DNA of 54,838 nucleotides, from positions 64,001 through 118,838 of IMG/VR virus record IMGVR_UViG_3300044981_000022, one strand, 5' to 3'. Each line of letters begins with the position of its first letter. Within the stretch, counting starts at the first letter, position 1. The DNA comes from a virus (Duplodnaviria; Heunggongvirae; Uroviricota; Caudoviricetes). A program made the position numbers and the translations under genes. The notes beneath the pieces are model-generated. The model made no database searches. It was given only the letters and a program-made list of their open reading frames with translations, and had not been told where the DNA came from. This document shows, piece by piece, positions 53,971 through 54,838 of the stretch.

Positions 53971-54838
53971 AATATCTCTTTCCGATGAATTTCTTTACCG
54001 CTTCCAGCAATGGTTGGTGTCCAGCTAAGATTACCGTGGGTAATTCCTGAAAGTCAAACCATTTTATTTCAGCGATATCATCGTCTGGTTTTCCGCGTAA
54101 TGAAGTAGTCCATCCGATGAATAGTGTCGTCGTGATCCCGGCATCCGGGTCGTTGGCGTATCGCCAGTCGTTAACCGGGAAGCTTCCAATATATTCAACC
54201 GAACTAATATCTAGCTTGGTTTCTTCGTAGACTTCTCGATGTGCAGCTTGCTCCGCTGATTCACCTTTTTCAATGAACCCGCCAGGAAATCTCCATTCGG
54301 TTTCACCTGGCTTCTTTGCTAGAAGAATCTTAATCTTTCGGTCTCCAGGATCGTATAACACCGCCGCATCCACAGTAGAGAACACCCGAGGGAACTGATT
54401 TGATACCGAGTAGATTACTCCGGCACGAAAATCAGGGGACTGCATCACTCGATTGGTTAGCTTTGATCTAATCTCGGTACCTGAAACAGGGCTAGGAATC
54501 TCTAGTTGATGAACCTGATGAACACCGTAGTAGTGAGGAACAAACGAGTCTCGCCCGCCGTATAATGTAATATCTCCGGTAAACTGAGTCACCGAAGCAA
54601 TCGAGTCGTCTAGACGGCTTGACCAGTAGTTATCGTGCTTCTCGTCCCGCAGAGGAAGAATTATGAAGTCCGGGTAATCGGCTTGGATCATTTTCTTGCG
54701 GGTTTCGAAGTCCATCGGATTACGTTTGGTTGCTGCTGTCCTGGGGACGCCGATGAAGACAATCACCCGGTCGTGCTTCTCCGAGACCTGTCGGAATAAT
54801 TCAAGATGTCCGGCATGTAGCGAGTTTACTTGAAAGCG
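53948..54838 (-). CDS. nadM: Bifunctional NMN adenylyltransferase / Nudix hydrolase, 5'-partial
   Basis: Frame open to the window edge: RFQVNSLHAGHLE (HxGH); NPMDFETRKKMI; SGTEIR; Nudix box PGGFIEKGESAEQAAHREVYEET. Confidence 0.95.
   Translation of the reverse strand, partial: RFQVNSLHAGHLELFRQVSEKHDRVIVFIGVPRTAATKRNPMDFETRKKMIQADYPDFIILPLRDEKHDNYWSSRLDDSIASVTQFTGDITLYGGRDSFVPHYYGVHQVHQLEIPSPVSGTEIRSKLTNRVMQSPDFRAGVIYSVSNQFPRVFSTVDAAVLYDPGDRKIKILLAKKPGETEWRFPGGFIEKGESAEQAAHREVYEETKLDISSVEYIGSFPVNDWRYANDPDAGITTTLFIGWTTSLRGKPDDDIAEIKWFDFQELPTVILAGHQPLLEAVKKFIGKRYYATQSAS

Overview
A 55-kb segment of a tailed dsDNA bacteriophage with P22/N4-like podovirus gene order. The host is unknown; the He_PIG, FN3 and secreted beta-helix repertoire hints at a soil bacterium such as an Acidobacterium (inference only). 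1-2.6 kb: a bacterial type-A RNase P RNA gene (848-1180) heads an array of about 8 tRNAs plus several CCA-ended tRNA-like elements. Several tRNAs have rewired elbows, with the near-universal G19-C56 pair replaced by compensatory U19-A56 or C19-G56, or with U55 changed to C. One has a probable 8/4 fold, and a tRNA-Pro has a long variable arm. 2.6-18.9 kb: accessory and virion-decoration genes (Ig/FN3 modules with strands apparently split between ORFs, a DUF3494 ice-binding-like domain, a W/D-rich repeat protein, homing endonucleases, a histidine phosphatase). 19-50.5 kb: terminase, portal, scaffold, a major capsid gene split by three group I introns (one carrying a LAGLIDADG endonuclease), tail/adaptor proteins, ejection proteins and a 2144-aa polyvalent protein. 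50.6-54.8 kb (minus strand): GNAT-like protein, MT-A70 methyltransferase, ASCH protein and a NadV plus NadM-Nudix NAD+ salvage pair. The best candidate for an undescribed system is the phage-encoded RNase P ribozyme coupled to a non-canonical tRNA set. All RNA folds were done by eye and all protein calls are from motif recognition; no searches were run.
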